NCBI RefSeq assembly: GCF_963921235.1
Contig: NC_086097.1
Coordinates: 250,420,001-250,484,000, forward strand
Source: Mobula hypostoma
Lineage: Eukaryota
Length of the DNA: 64,000 nucleotides
Direction: 5' to 3'
Each line of letters opens with the position of its first letter. The first letter of the stretch is position 1. This document shows, one piece after another, positions 1-12,488 of this stretch. The notes beneath the pieces were generated by a model, which was not told the DNA's origin, ran no database searches, and was given only the letters and a program-made list of their open reading frames with translations. The translations under genes and the position numbers were made by a program.

Positions 1-387
1 GGAGAGTAGGTGGTGTATTCGCTTGTAGCAGAACATTCCTTCCACAGTGACCACAGGATTGATTGTGACAGCACAGAACTACTGTGCCGGTCCAATGGCT
101 TTTGGGACCACCTGGTGAAGGAAGCTGTTAAAATAACACTAGAGAATAAGAATTTCAACACAGACGAAGGTCTCGCTCTAAGAACTGGAATACCATTTTA
201 AGCAAGGTGGGACAGTAGAAACCTGATAGGGTGAGGACTAACCTGTCATGAGGGAAGGACGAAGGGAATTGAGTATATACACCACTGGACAAGTCAGACA
301 TCGGCATCATCCCTGATGAAGATGACGGAGTTTGTCATTGCAACGTCACTTATTGACATCTGGACCTGGCTGGAACCCCAAGAGTTT
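1..387 (+). mobile_element. Penelope-like element 3' end (Penelope/Poseidon type GIY-YIG C-terminus plus terminal repeat), degenerate
   Basis: ORF 10..201 S.VAEH...H.I....L........KEA..I....N...G.L resembles the PLE GIY-YIG C-terminus; followed by CTGATGA-stem-G(C)AACGTC hammerhead-like motif at 313-347. Confidence 0.7.
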
Positions 388-3272
388 ATAGAAACATAGA
401 AACATAGAAACATAGAAAATAGGTGCAGGAGTAGGCCATTCGGCCCTTCGAGCCTGCACCGCCATTTATTATGATCATGGCTGATCATCCAACTCAGAAC
501 CCCGCCCCAGCCTTCCCTCCACACCCCTTGACCCCCGTAGCCACAAGGGCCATATCTAACTCCTTCTTAAATATAGCCAATGAACTGGCCTCAACAGTTT
601 CCTGTGGCAGAGAATTCCACAGATTCACCACTCTCTGTGTGAAGAAGTTTTTCCTAATCTCGGTCCTAAAAGGCTTCCCCTTTATCCTCAAACTGTGGCC
701 CCTCGTTCTGGACTTCCCCAACATCGGGAACAATCTTCCTGCATCTAGCCTGTCCAATCCCTTTAGGATCTTATACGTTTCAATCAGATCCCCCCTCAAT
801 CTTCTAAATTCCAACGAGTACAAGCCCAGTTCATCTAGTCTTTCTTCATATGAAAGTCCTGCCATCCCAGGAATCAATCTGGTGAACCTTCTTTGTACTC
901 CCTCTATGGCAAAGATGTCTTTCCTCAGATTAGGGGACCAAAACTGCACACAATACTCCAGGTGTGGTCTCACCAAGGCCTTGTACAACTGCAGTAGTAC
1001 CTCCCTGCTCCTGTACTCGAATCCTCTCGCTATAAATGCCAGCATACCATTCGCCTTTTTCACCGCCTGCTGTACCTGCATGCCCACTTTCAATGACTGG
1101 TGTATAATGACACCCAGGTCTCGTTGCACCTCCCCTTTTCCTAATCGGCCACCATTCAGATAATAATCTGTTTTCCTATTTTTGCCACCAAAGTGGATAA
1201 CTTCACATTTATCCACATTAAATTGCATCTGCCATGAGTTTGCCCACTCACCCAACCTATCCAAGTCACCCTGCATCCTCTTAGCATCCTCCTCACTGCT
1301 AACATTGCCACCCAGCTTCGTGTCATCCGCAAACTTGGAGATGCTGCATTTAATTCCCTCATCCAAGTCATTAATATATATTGTAAACAACTGGGGTCCC
1401 AGCACTGAGCCTTGCGGTACCCCACTAGTCACCGCCTGCCATTCTGAAAAGGTCCTGTTTATTCCCACTCTTTGCTTCCTGTCTGCTAACCAATTCTCCA
1501 CCCACACCAATACCTTACCCCCAATACCGTGTGCTTTAAGTTTGCACACTAATCTCCTGTGTGGGACCTTGTCAAAAGCCTTTTGAAAATCCAAATATAC
1601 CACATCCACTGGTTCTCCCCTATCCACTCTACTAGTTACATCCTCAAAAATTTCTATGAGATTCGTCAGACATGATTTTCCTTTCACAAATCCATGCTGA
1701 CTTTGTCCGATCATTTCACCGCTTTCCAAATGTGCTGTTATCACATCCTTGATAACTGACTCCAGCAGTTTCCCCACCACTGACATTAGGCCAACCGGTC
1801 TCTAATTCCCCGGTTTCTCTCTCCCTCCTTTTTTAAAAAGTGGGGTTACATTAGCCACCCTCCAATCCTCAGGAACTAGTCCAGAATCTAACGAGTTTTG
1901 AAAAATTATCACTAATGAATCCACTATTTCTTGGGCTACTTCCTTAAGCACTCTAGGATGCAGACCATCTGGCCCTGGGGATTTATCTGCCTTCAATCCC
2001 TTCAATTTACCTAACACCACTTCCCTACTAACATGTATTTCACTCAGTTCCTCCATCTCACTGGACCCTCTGTCCCTTACTATTTCTGGAAGATTATTTA
2101 TGTCCTCCTTAGTGAAGACAGAACCAAAGTAATTATTCAATTGGTCTGCCATGTTCTTGCTCCCCATAATCAATTCACCTGTTTCTGTCTGCAGGGGACC
2201 TACATTTGTCTTTACCAGTCTTTTCCTTTTTACATATCTATAAAAGCTTTTACAGTCCGTTTTTATGTTCTCTGCCAGTTTTCTCTCATAATCTTTTTTC
2301 CCCTTCCTAATTAAGCCCTTTGTCCTCCTCTGCTGAACTCTGAATTTCTCCCAGTCCTCAGGTGAGCCACTTTCTCTGGCTAATTTGTATGCTACTTCTT
2401 TGGAATTGATACTATCCCTAATTTCTCTTGTCAGCCACGGGTGCACTACCTTCCTTGATTTATTCTTTTGCCAAACTGGGATGAACAATTGTTGTAGTTC
2501 ATCCATGCAACCTTTAAATGCTTGCCATTGCATATCCACCGTCAATCCTTTAAGTGTCATTTGCCAGTCTATCTTAGCTAATTCACATCTCATACCTTCA
2601 AAGTTACCCCTCTTTAAGTTCAGAACCTTTGTTTCTGAATTAACTATGTCACTCTCCATATTAATGAAGAATTCCACCATATTATGGTCACTCTTACCCA
2701 AGGGGCCTCTCACGACAAGATCGCTAATTAACCCTTCCTCATTGCTCAAAACCCAGTCCAGAATAGCCTGCTCTCTAGTTGGTTCCTCGACATGTTGGTT
2801 CAAAAAACCATCCCGCATACATTCCAAGAAATCCTCTTCCTCAGCACCTTTACCAATTTGGTTCACCCAGTCTACATGTAGATTGAAGTCACCCATTATG
2901 ACTGCTGTTCTTTTATTGCACACATTTCTAATTTCCTGTTTAATACCATCTCCGACCTCACTACTACTGTTAGGTGGCCTGTACACAACTCCCACCAGCG
3001 TCTTCTGCCCCTTAGTGTTACGCAGCTCTACCCATATCGATTCCACATCTTCCCGGCTTATGTCCTTCCTTTCTATTGCGTTAATCTCTTCTCTAACCAG
3101 CAACGCCACCCCACCTCCCCTTCCTTCATGTCTATCCCTCCTGAATATTGAATATCCCGGAACGTTGAGCTCCCATCCCTGGTCACCCTGGAGCCATGTC
3201 TCTGTGATCCCAACTATTTCATAATCATTAATAACAATCTGCACTTTCAATTCATCCACCTTATTACGAATG
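388..3272 (-). mobile_element. Young CR1 LINE, 5'-truncated, near-complete ORF2 (APE endonuclease + RT) with one in-frame stop
   Basis: ORFs 1802..3259 (GITETW, GDFN, SDHN) and 494..1786 ([25 protein letters not shown]) are in frame across a TAG at 1802-1804; 3' UTR ends in a (TTTCTATG)n tail at ~388-418. Confidence 0.95.
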
Positions 3273-3399
3273 TGGTTTGCATCATATATGCCAGGAAAGT
3301 ACTAGATCTTCACCTACCCCCCCACCAAAAAAAAAATGCAGGGTTATAAAACACTCATCCTGATAACATGAACATGAAGAAGCAATCCAACAAACAGAA

Positions 3400-4725
3400 C
3401 ATTTTAGAGTACTACTTTTATTCAGTGCAAGTTCTTTAAAACAAAAGTTAGGAAAAACATTAGAAAAATCAGAAGCATGAAAACAACTATATACACAATT
3501 GGAAATTAAGGCAACAAGTTTGGAAGATTTGGCTTGCGTGAATGGTTTTCATTTAGCTGCTCGAAATTCGTTTGGAACTGAGCAAAGTTTGAGAGATGAA
3601 GTACTTGGTAAACAGATCAACTTATTCCGAGATGAATCAGCAAACCACAATAATACTACATAACCAATTTTCTGGTTGAATAAATAGATTGCAACCAAAA
3701 ATTATGAAATCATTCATTTGTCTAGAAAGAAAACAATCTGCTTTTCCACTAGTTTGCCTCACATCTCAGATGTAGAGGAAGGCTTATGCTGTAGCAGTTG
3801 AATAGAAAATTTCAGTCACACCATGAAAACCAGACAATGGGAATGGCTTTTAATTCTAGAATGGATTGAAAAGTTATTCTCATAATCAGGAGGTCTAAAA
3901 ATTTAATAAGGAAACCATACTTAACACACAGAAACCACTCAGTTCTGTGGTAAATAAACCAAAGGGATTATCAAGTGTAAATATGTAGGTAATTATTCAG
4001 TAAAAAGACTGAAGATGAAGCAATTCAACAGATGAATAGTAAACCCTTAAAACATTATGAATGATCCCAGAGAATATCAATTATGCAAAAAATCTTCATT
4101 TTAACAAGCATATTTAACACAGAAAGCTAATCTTTTTTTTTAATATAATGAGTTGCATAGTAAAAAAAAGTTCTTTACATTTCACCCATGAGGAAATGGT
4201 AAAATAAGTGGAACTTGATGAAAACCTTTAGCACTTGTTTTGCAATACTTTGTATTTACCCATGGACTGAAGTGTAAAGATTAAGTATGTTAATAAACAG
4301 ATTATGCAATATGAAAATTCACAAGCATTAGTGAACATGGTTCAGAGGAGCACATATAGTAGAAAAATGCTGATTTTTATCTGTAAGATTCATTTTCCAG
4401 AAGTTCTTACTGTACATAAACTGATACTGTATTTAAATATTGTGAAATCTATAACTGTTAGACAAACACACTGATCACTGAACATTCAGATAAATTGGAA
4501 ACTATTTTATTGTTTCACACGTTTTAGATCTTAACACTGAAAATAATCGGAAAAAAAGTTACGGATTTATTAAAAAAGCCACTACTGCAAAAAAAATACT
4601 TCAGTACAAAACAGACTTGGCCTATGAAAGGATCACCCTGGTCTTGTGAAATCTTCTAGAATGTAACTGGTGTCAATGAAATCAATCCAGCTACCTATCG
4701 TTTCATGCAGTTCATGTGTTGTCAG
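3400..4725 (-). other. MAL2: MAL2 3' UTR (probable, ~1.3 kb)
   Basis: AT-rich sequence without recognisable repeats downstream of the stop; minus-strand AATAAA at 4566-4571, 4506-4511 and 3417-3422. Confidence 0.7.
3417..3422 (-). terminator. Distal polyadenylation signal of MAL2
   Basis: AATAAA on the minus strand followed ~20-50 nt downstream by a GU/U-rich element (gttctgtttgttggattgcttcttcatgtt). Confidence 0.65.
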
Positions 4726-4797
4726 TTACAGTTTCCATCTTCTTAAAGCAAGAACCAAACTGCAGGCATAACACAGGGTAACGACAAAACAAAATAT
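4726..4797 (-). CDS. MAL2: MAL2 coding exon 4 (23 codons + TAA)
   Basis: ttgtttcAG acceptor then ATA TTT TGT TTT GTC GTT ACC CTG TGT TAT GCC TGC AGT TTG GTT CTT GCT TTA AGA AGA TGG AAA CTG TAA = IFCFVVTLCYACSLVLALRRWKL*, the MAL2 C-terminal ALRRW motif. Too short for the ORF track. Spliced total 176 aa. Confidence 0.95.
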   Translation of the reverse strand: MFCFVVTLCYACSLVLALRRWKL

Positions 4798-4889
4798 CTG
4801 AAACAAAGGCAAAAAACACAAAATAAATTAAATATTCCAGTCAGTTCAGTTTTAGATCGCTGTTGCTTTTCTCATTTGAGAAAACTATT

Positions 4890-5870
4890 TGCAGTAGCAC
4901 AGAAAAGTGTAACAGAAACAGGTTCTTCAGCCCATCTAGTCTGTGCCGAATCATTTAACCTGCCTCCTCTCGTTGACCTGCGCCTTGACCATATCCCTCC
5001 ATACCTCTACCATTCATGTACCTATCTAAACTCCTTAATGTTGAAATTGAGCTTGCATGAGCCAACTGCACCAACAAGCTGTTTCACTCTCAGCCCAGAG
5101 TGAAGCTTCCCCTCCTGTTCCCCTTAAAAACTTTACCTTTCACCCTTAACCTGTGACCTCTGGTTGCAGTCTCACCCCAAACTTAGTGAAAAAGCCTGTT
5201 GCACTTATCTTGTCTATACCCCCCGACTTTGTATACCTCTATCAAATCTCTCCTCAGTCTTCAATATTACAAGGAATTAGTCCTAACCTATTCAGTCTTT
5301 CCTCATAACTCAGGTCCTCCAGACCCAGTAACATCCTTGTAAGTTTTCTCTGTACTCAGTCAAACTTATTGACATCTTTCGTATAGGTAGGTGACCAAAA
5401 CCATACACAATACTCCAAATTAGGCATCACCAACATCTTACATAACTTCAACATAACGTCCTATCTCCTGTACTCAGAACTTTGATCTATGAAGGCAATG
5501 TACCAAAAGCTTTATGACACAAAATACCCGTGACAATGAATTAATCGTCAATGAATTATGGACCTGTACTCCTAGATCCTTTTGTTCAACTGCACTCCTT
5601 AGTGCCCCACTTTATAAAATCTACCCTGGCTGTCCCACTGAAGAGCAAAACACCCTCAGTCTTGGTGTCATCTGCAAATTTGCTGATCCAGTTAACCACA
5701 TCTAGACCATTCTTATAGTTGACAAACAACAAGGGACCCAGCACCAGTTCGAGGCACCTCAGACACAAACCTCTAGACTGAGGGGTAATCCTCTACTACC
5801 GCTCTCTGGCTTCTACCACAGAGTCGATATCTAATCCATTTAGAGGCATCATCCAGAATGCTGATAGACT
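4890..5870 (-). mobile_element. Degenerate CR1 3' fragment in MAL2 intron 3
   Basis: Remnants such as VLGPLLF and WISKFADDTK plus CR1-like C-terminal and 3' UTR sequence. Confidence 0.8.
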
Positions 5871-6556
5871 TAATATTATCAATATTACTACGTACTATAA
5901 AGCTATGTATTAGTTATTGACAGAGGAATTCATTCAGTATACTTTGCCATATGTGCCGCCAATTGACTGTAAATAAAGTCAGTCTGCCTTCAAAATAAAA
6001 AACAAAATAATCAAATATCACTTAAAAATCAGCATCTGTTGGACCAGATGAATAACCTAAGCACGTGCAACTAATATATTTAAAAACTGTTTGCTCTAAG
6101 CATGGTGCAGTGTCTAACAACCATACAAGTGGCCAGCAGTTTCTGGCATCTTCAAGCCTGAATACTTGAAATGGCAGTGAGCAAAACAGTTCTGAATTGT
6201 CTACTTCTCAGCAACTGAGAGTGACCAAAATAAATCACTTTTTTTGAACGCAAGCAGATGTAACTAACACTACTTTAAAAAATCGTCCACTTGAACCATG
6301 GTGTAGCGTCTAACAGCCATTGTTGCGACTGATGCTAGTTAGAGACTTCAACAGTCTCCTGTCCCAATTAGGCAGCATAGTGTCCCAAAAAAAATAAAAG
6401 GTATCCTTGTTATTTCCTCAATTAATTGCTCCAAATAAGCAGATAAGCAACAGCCTAGCTAACCAGAATCCACTGTACTTTGTAGGTTGCAGAGAAATTA
6501 GAGAAAATCCTAACTCCCTGTTGGTTTGATCTGAATTGCTGAGATTTAAAACTTAC

Positions 6557-6721
6557 TGTAGCAACGACATTGATACTGTATTGACGAAAAGTTAGAACAG
6601 TTGCAAAATTAACTGCAGTCCCGTTGATGCTTCCGGGTTCTACAGCTGCAGATGTTGTTGCAGCTTCAAGCAGCGACGCTCCAAAGTAGAACACAAAGGC
6701 AGTGAGGTGATAGACAAAATC
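6557..6721 (-). CDS. MAL2: MAL2 coding exon 3 (165 nt, 55 codons)
   Basis: ttttctcgtgcAG acceptor; DFVYHLTAFVFYFGASLLEAATTSAAVEPGSINGTAVNFATVLTFRQYSINVVAT; GTAAGT donor; phase 0 at both ends; matches MAL2 DFxYH..FVFYFGA.LLEA...QY.INV.A. Confidence 0.96.
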
Positions 6722-6999
6722 CTGCACGAGAAAAGCACATTAGCATCAGCTTTTACTGTCACATCTAGTAGGTACAAATTTTACCAAGGTCTTAAATCAG
6801 ATTCTACAAAAACAACATTTTGATATTCCAGAGTCTGTGTGGCTAGAATGTCATTCAACAGAAAATGACAACCATCTGCCCCTCATGGTTTAAGAAAGAG
6901 TCATATTAGAAACAACTTGTGTATGCCCTATTCAGAAAATGGAATAGTGCTCCAATTAACTGCTATGCATTTAATACACAATTGATACTACTAGGGAGT

Positions 7000-9900
7000 G
7001 AGACAGGCCAGGAGACAAGCTTGTGAGGGGAACACTTTGAAACTTATGGTATTATGATCAGCAGATGCAAAGTAAATATGGAAAAAGATAGGGCTAGTCC
7101 ACAGGTTGAGATTCTAAACTGGAAAAAGGCCAATTTTGATGGTATCAGAAAGGATCTGACAAATGTGGATTGGGACAGGTTATTTTCTGACAGGGTTACA
7201 CCTGCCCAACAGCTGTGGCAAGGTTGGAATGCTATCACCTCTTAAAGTAAAATTGAGTGACACAAAACAAGGCTTCACTTCCAAATGATTAATTTCAATG
7301 AGGTCACCCCTCATTCTTCTGAATTCCAGTGAGCACAGGCCCAGAGCCATCAAGCACTCCTCATATGATAAGCCATTCAACCCTGAAGTCATTTTCGTCA
7401 CCCTCTCCAGAGTCAGAGTTTTCTAAGATAATGGGCCCAAAAGTACTCAATACTCCAAGGAGAGGCCTCAGCAGTGCTGTATAAAGCCTCAACATTACAT
7501 TCTTGCTTTTGTATTCTAGTCCTCTTGAAATGAATACCAACACTGCATTTACTACCAATCAACCTGCAAATTAAGCTTTAGGGAATCCTGCATGAGGACT
7601 CCCAAATCCCTTTGCACCTCAGATTTCTGTATTTTCTCTCCACTTAAAAATAACCAACTCTTTCATTTCTTCTACCAAAGTGTATGACCTTACATTTCCT
7701 GACACTGTATTCCATCTGCCACTGCGTTGCCCACTCCAAGTCCTTCTGTAGCTTCTCTTTCTCAAAACTACCTGCCCCTCCAACTATCTTTGTATCATCT
7801 GCAAACTTGGCCACAAGCCCATCAATTCCATCATCCAAATCATTGACATATAACCTAAAAAAAAACAGTCGAACACAGACCCCTATGGAACACCAGTAGT
7901 CACCAACAGCCAACCAGAAAAGGCTCCCCTTTATTCCCACTCTCTACTTCCTGCCAATCAGACACCGCTTTACCCAGCAAGAATCTTTCTTGTAGTACTG
8001 TGAGCTTCAAGTTTGTTATGCAACCTCATGGTGACACCGTGTCAGAGGCTTTCTGAAAATCCAAGTGCACAACCAACCAATTCTGCTTTGTCTACCCTGC
8101 TTGTTACCTCAAAGGATTCCAACAGGCATGTCAAGCAAGATTTTCACTTGAGGAAACCATGCTGAGCATTCCAGAATCTAGTGATTCTTGAAAGATCATT
8201 ATTAATGCTTCACGATCTGCTCAGCCACCTCTCTCAGAACTCTGGGGTGTACACCATCTGGTGATTTTTATACCCTCAGACCTTTCAGTTTCCCATGGAC
8301 CTTCTCTCTATTAGTAACTTCACACACTTCATGACTTCTGACACCTGGAACTTCCACCATACCATAGGCTATTCCACAGTGAAGACTGAAGCAAAATACT
8401 TATTCAGTCCGTCCACCATTTCCTTGCCCCCTATTACTACCTCTCCAGCATCGTTTTCCAATGGTCAGATATCCACTCACTTCCCTTTTACACTTTATCT
8501 TTCTGAAGAAACTTTTGGTATCCTCTCTGACATTATCAGCTGGCTTACTTTTGTATTCCATCTTTACCTTCTTAATGACTTTTTAGTTGCCTTCTGTTGG
8601 TTTTTAAAGCATTCCAATCCTCTAAATCCCCCTGATTTTTGCTCTATTATATGCCCTCTGTTTGGCTTTTATGGTGGCTTTGACTTCTCTTCTCAGCCAT
8701 GGTTGCATCACCTGTCCTTTAGAATATTTTTCTTCCCCCCCCTCCAAGAAACTTCTCTCTAGTAATGACAACTTCACACACTTCATGCTCCCCAACACCT
8801 GGAACTTCCACCATACCGCTAGTTTCTTCCACAGGGAAGACTGATGCAAAATACTTATACAGTTCATCCTCCATTTCATTGTCCCCCATTACTACCACTC
8901 CAGTGTAGTCTTCCATTGGTCTTGCCCCTCTTTTACACTTTATGTATCTGAGGAATCTTTAGATATCCTCTATTATTGGCTAGCTTGCTTTCGTACTCCA
9001 TCTTTAAGTTTCCTTCTATTGGTTTTTTTAAAAAAAGATTCCCAGTCCTCCAACTTTCCACTAATTTTTGCTCTATCATACACCTTCTTTGGTTTCAGTT
9101 AGTCCCGACGAAGGGTCTCAGCCGAAAACGTCGACTGTACCTCTTCCTAGAGATGCTGCCTGGCCTGCTGCGTTCACCAGCAACTTTTATGTGTGTTGCT
9201 TGAAATTCCAGCATCTGCAGATTTCCTCGTGTTTGGTTTTATGTTGGTTTTGACCTCTGTTAGCCACTGTTGTGTCATCTTTCTTTTAGATTACTTCCTC
9301 TTTGGGATGTACACATCCTGCGCCATTGAAATTGCTTCCAGAAACTCCAGTCATTGCTGCTTTTCCAATCAAATCTGGCCATCTCCTCTCTCATGCCTCC
9401 AATTCCCTTTCCTCCACTGCAATACTGATACATCTGACTTTAGCTTCTCGTCCCCAAATTTCAGGATGAATTCAATCATATGATCACTTGACCCTAAAGG
9501 TTCTTTTCCCTTAAACTCTAATAAATTCTCATTTACTGCACAACACCCAATCCAGAACAGCTGATCCCCGGAGCCACAAGCTGCTCCAAAAAGACATCTC
9601 GTAGGCATTCTAGAACTTCCCCTTCTTGGAATCCTGCACCATCCCGATTTTCCCCCATATACCTGCATATTGAAATCCCTATGGTTATTGTAACATTGCC
9701 CTTTTGGCTTATATTTTCTACCTCCTGTTGTAATTTGTAAGTCTCGCCCTTACTACTGTTTGGGGGTCAGTATACAATTCCCTTCAGTCTTTTTAGCCTT
9801 GCAGTTCCTTAGCTCCATCAACAAATGATTCAATGCCCTCCAACCCTTTGTCACCTCTTTCTAATGATTTGATTTCATTTTGTTTTAAATCAGAGTAACA

Positions 9901-10130
9901 CCGCCCCTTCTGCCTTCCTGCCTGTCCTTTTGATACTGTGTGTCCTTGGACATAAGCTCTCAGCTACAATCTTCTTTCAGCCATGATTCAGTGATGCCTA
10001 CAACAACATACCTGCCAATCTGTAACTGTGCTACAAATTCATCTACCTTATTCTGATCTTATGATCTTATTGAATGGTGGAGCAGGCTCGATGGGCCAGA
10101 TGGCCGACTCCCACTCCTATTTCTTATGCT
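7000..10130 (-). mobile_element. Cluster of old CR1 fragments (mostly minus strand)
   Basis: Fragmented ORF2 motifs (VAKFADDTK, EPLGSSDH, QPWLRREVKA, LEFRRMRGDLIE) with many frameshifts. Confidence 0.8.
9096..9231 (+). mobile_element. Short PLE terminal fragment inserted in a CR1
   Basis: Same sequence as the PLE ends at 31298-31440 and 35100-35196; flanked by TTTGGTTT at 9088-9095 and 9232-9239. Confidence 0.8.
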
Positions 10131-12488
10131 GTAGAATTCAGTTTGAGTCCTACAGGCTGGAATATACACTCATGAAAAAATGAAATGCTGTTCTTTGAGC
10201 TCCAAGTGGTAGGATGGTAGAGCTCGGAGTGGAACTAGGAGAGCAAACCGAAATGGCAGGTGACTGGAGAATGAGGGTCAAGCACAGATGCCCCATAAGG
10301 CAATCACCCCATGTGTTTGACTTCTGGTGTCGAGGATGCCACATGGTGAAGACAGAGTGCGGTGAAGACAAGCTGAAAATGAGGAATAAACAGTTGACGT
10401 TTTGAGCTGATATCCTTCATAAAGAATGGAAAAGAAGATCAAAGAAGCCAAAATAAGATGGGGGGGGGTCCTGCGGGAAGGAGGAAAAGGAGTACAAGCT
10501 GGCAAGTGATAGGTGAGAGGAAAGATAGGTGGATGAGGGCAGAGGGATTGATTGGGTCCCTGGATGATAGGAAGGGAAGGGGTGACAAAGACAGGTCATT
10601 CGCCCCTTGCAGTTGCATGGAGAAGCGCCATGTGACAGGGAGTAGAAGAGTGGAGTAGAGTCATGAAGTGATTGATATTTCAAAATGCCAGAAAGGGAGG
10701 GACAGGAAAATGCTTTGAGGTAGAATCTTGATCAAGCAAACAGAAATTGCGGAAGAATTTGTTGAATGTGGACATAGATTCTGAAAATCCAAAGCAACAT
10801 GCACAAGACGCTGGAGGAACTCAGCAAATCAGGCAACATCTATGGAGAGGAATAAATAGTTGACATTTCAGACAGAGACCCTTCATTAGGACTGGAAAGG
10901 AATGTGAAGAAATCCACAAGAAGTTTTTGGCATGTTAGAGGAGAGAACAGCCACTTTTTATTAAAGGGAAGACAACATTACTGACACCCTGGCAGATAGT
11001 TCCTCAACCAATGCTCACAGAAATGGATTGTCTGGTCATTATTCACAACTGTTTATGGAAGTTCATTGACAGCCAATTGCTTACTATATTGTCTAGGTTA
11101 TAGCTTGCCAGGAAAGATTCAAATCCTTTTGATTGACAAGTGGAGCTTCCACTCTTGGTTCAAGGACAATGGAGAGAAGGGCAAATGTTAAGGATCTATA
11201 CAATTTTGGTACAACTTAAGCAGGGAGAGAAAATGGAAAATCTGGAATGCAATTACTGTACATTTAAGGGGGCAGATAGAGTCAATCAGAACATTCCTGT
11301 TCCTAAGGAATCTGTAATACAATTCTATTTTACTCATTTAGACATACAGCATTGAACTGGCCTTTCCAGCCCCATGAGCTGCACCACCCAGCAATCTACC
11401 TGTTTGACACTAGCCTGACCACAGGATAATTTACGATAACCAATTAACCTACTAACCAGTACATCTTTAGACTGAGAGGAAACGAGAACACCTGGAGGAA
11501 ACACTTGGTCACAGGGAGAATGTAACTCCTTACAGACAGCATCAGAATTAAACTTTGAACTCTGGAGTGCCTCGAGCTGTGATAACACCATGATAATCGA
11601 TAGGTTACTGCGGCACCTGCGATGTCCGAAAGGCAAAGCTGAACATCAGGTCTTACAAGGTTTGATTTCTCCAGAAGCAAAAAAGATCAAGACCAATCAT
11701 GTGACTGCCAACATGCTGCTTTCCAGCAATGAAGAATGTGAAACTACAGGTCATAGTTGTATGAACGTTCTGAAGTTCACTTGGCAGACTGACCACACGC
11801 TAATAAGTGTTCCATTAAGAAAGTTATTCTGATAAGATTGAGCAAAGTAGTTTTACATCTTCAGTTAACATTTACTTAATTCATTCAAATTTTTTGCTTT
11901 TTGTTAATGGAATAAGCTTCAAATGTAAAATTCAGTTTATAGATATTTATTATGTACAGCCATGTCACTAATCTGGTTCTCTTACAAGCATGAGATCATG
12001 ACTATGCAATTACATACACAAAGCCATGAAGCTAAAACCCACACTTAATCAGCATCACATCATTACAAATAAAATTTGTAGCTAGTAATGAGATCATAAA
12101 ATTAAAACACTGCAATTAGTCATAGGACACCACTGCATAACAGAAATAACTTCTAACGTGACTGAGTGTTGGAAAAAGGTTGCCATTTAAAACCAGCATT
12201 ACTTGGTTCAAGCTTCAAGTAGAGCAAGTTATGGATGAACCATCAGCTTTAAAACATCTGACTGATGAAGGGTCTCAGCCTGAAACATCACCTCTATTCT
12301 TCTCCATAGATGCTGCCTGATCCACTGAGTTCCTCCAGAATTTTGAGAGTTACCACACAACTCTCTTGAATTTCAAAAGTTCAATGTTCAAAAGTACGAA
12401 GTACATATATACACACACACGATACAACCATGAAATTCATCTCCTTAAAGGCAGCCACAAAACACAGAAACCTCAAAAGAACTCATTT

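Noticed and set aside
471..3224. Long plus-strand ORFs (230, 134, 279 aa) and their mirrors at 51976-53076
   Set aside because: Antisense shadows of CR1 ORF2, repeated with the element; no independent gene features.
12366..12488. N-terminal ~40 codons of the 716-aa ORF
   Set aside because: Lies outside or within the L1 target duplication; a chance in-frame extension into flanking DNA.
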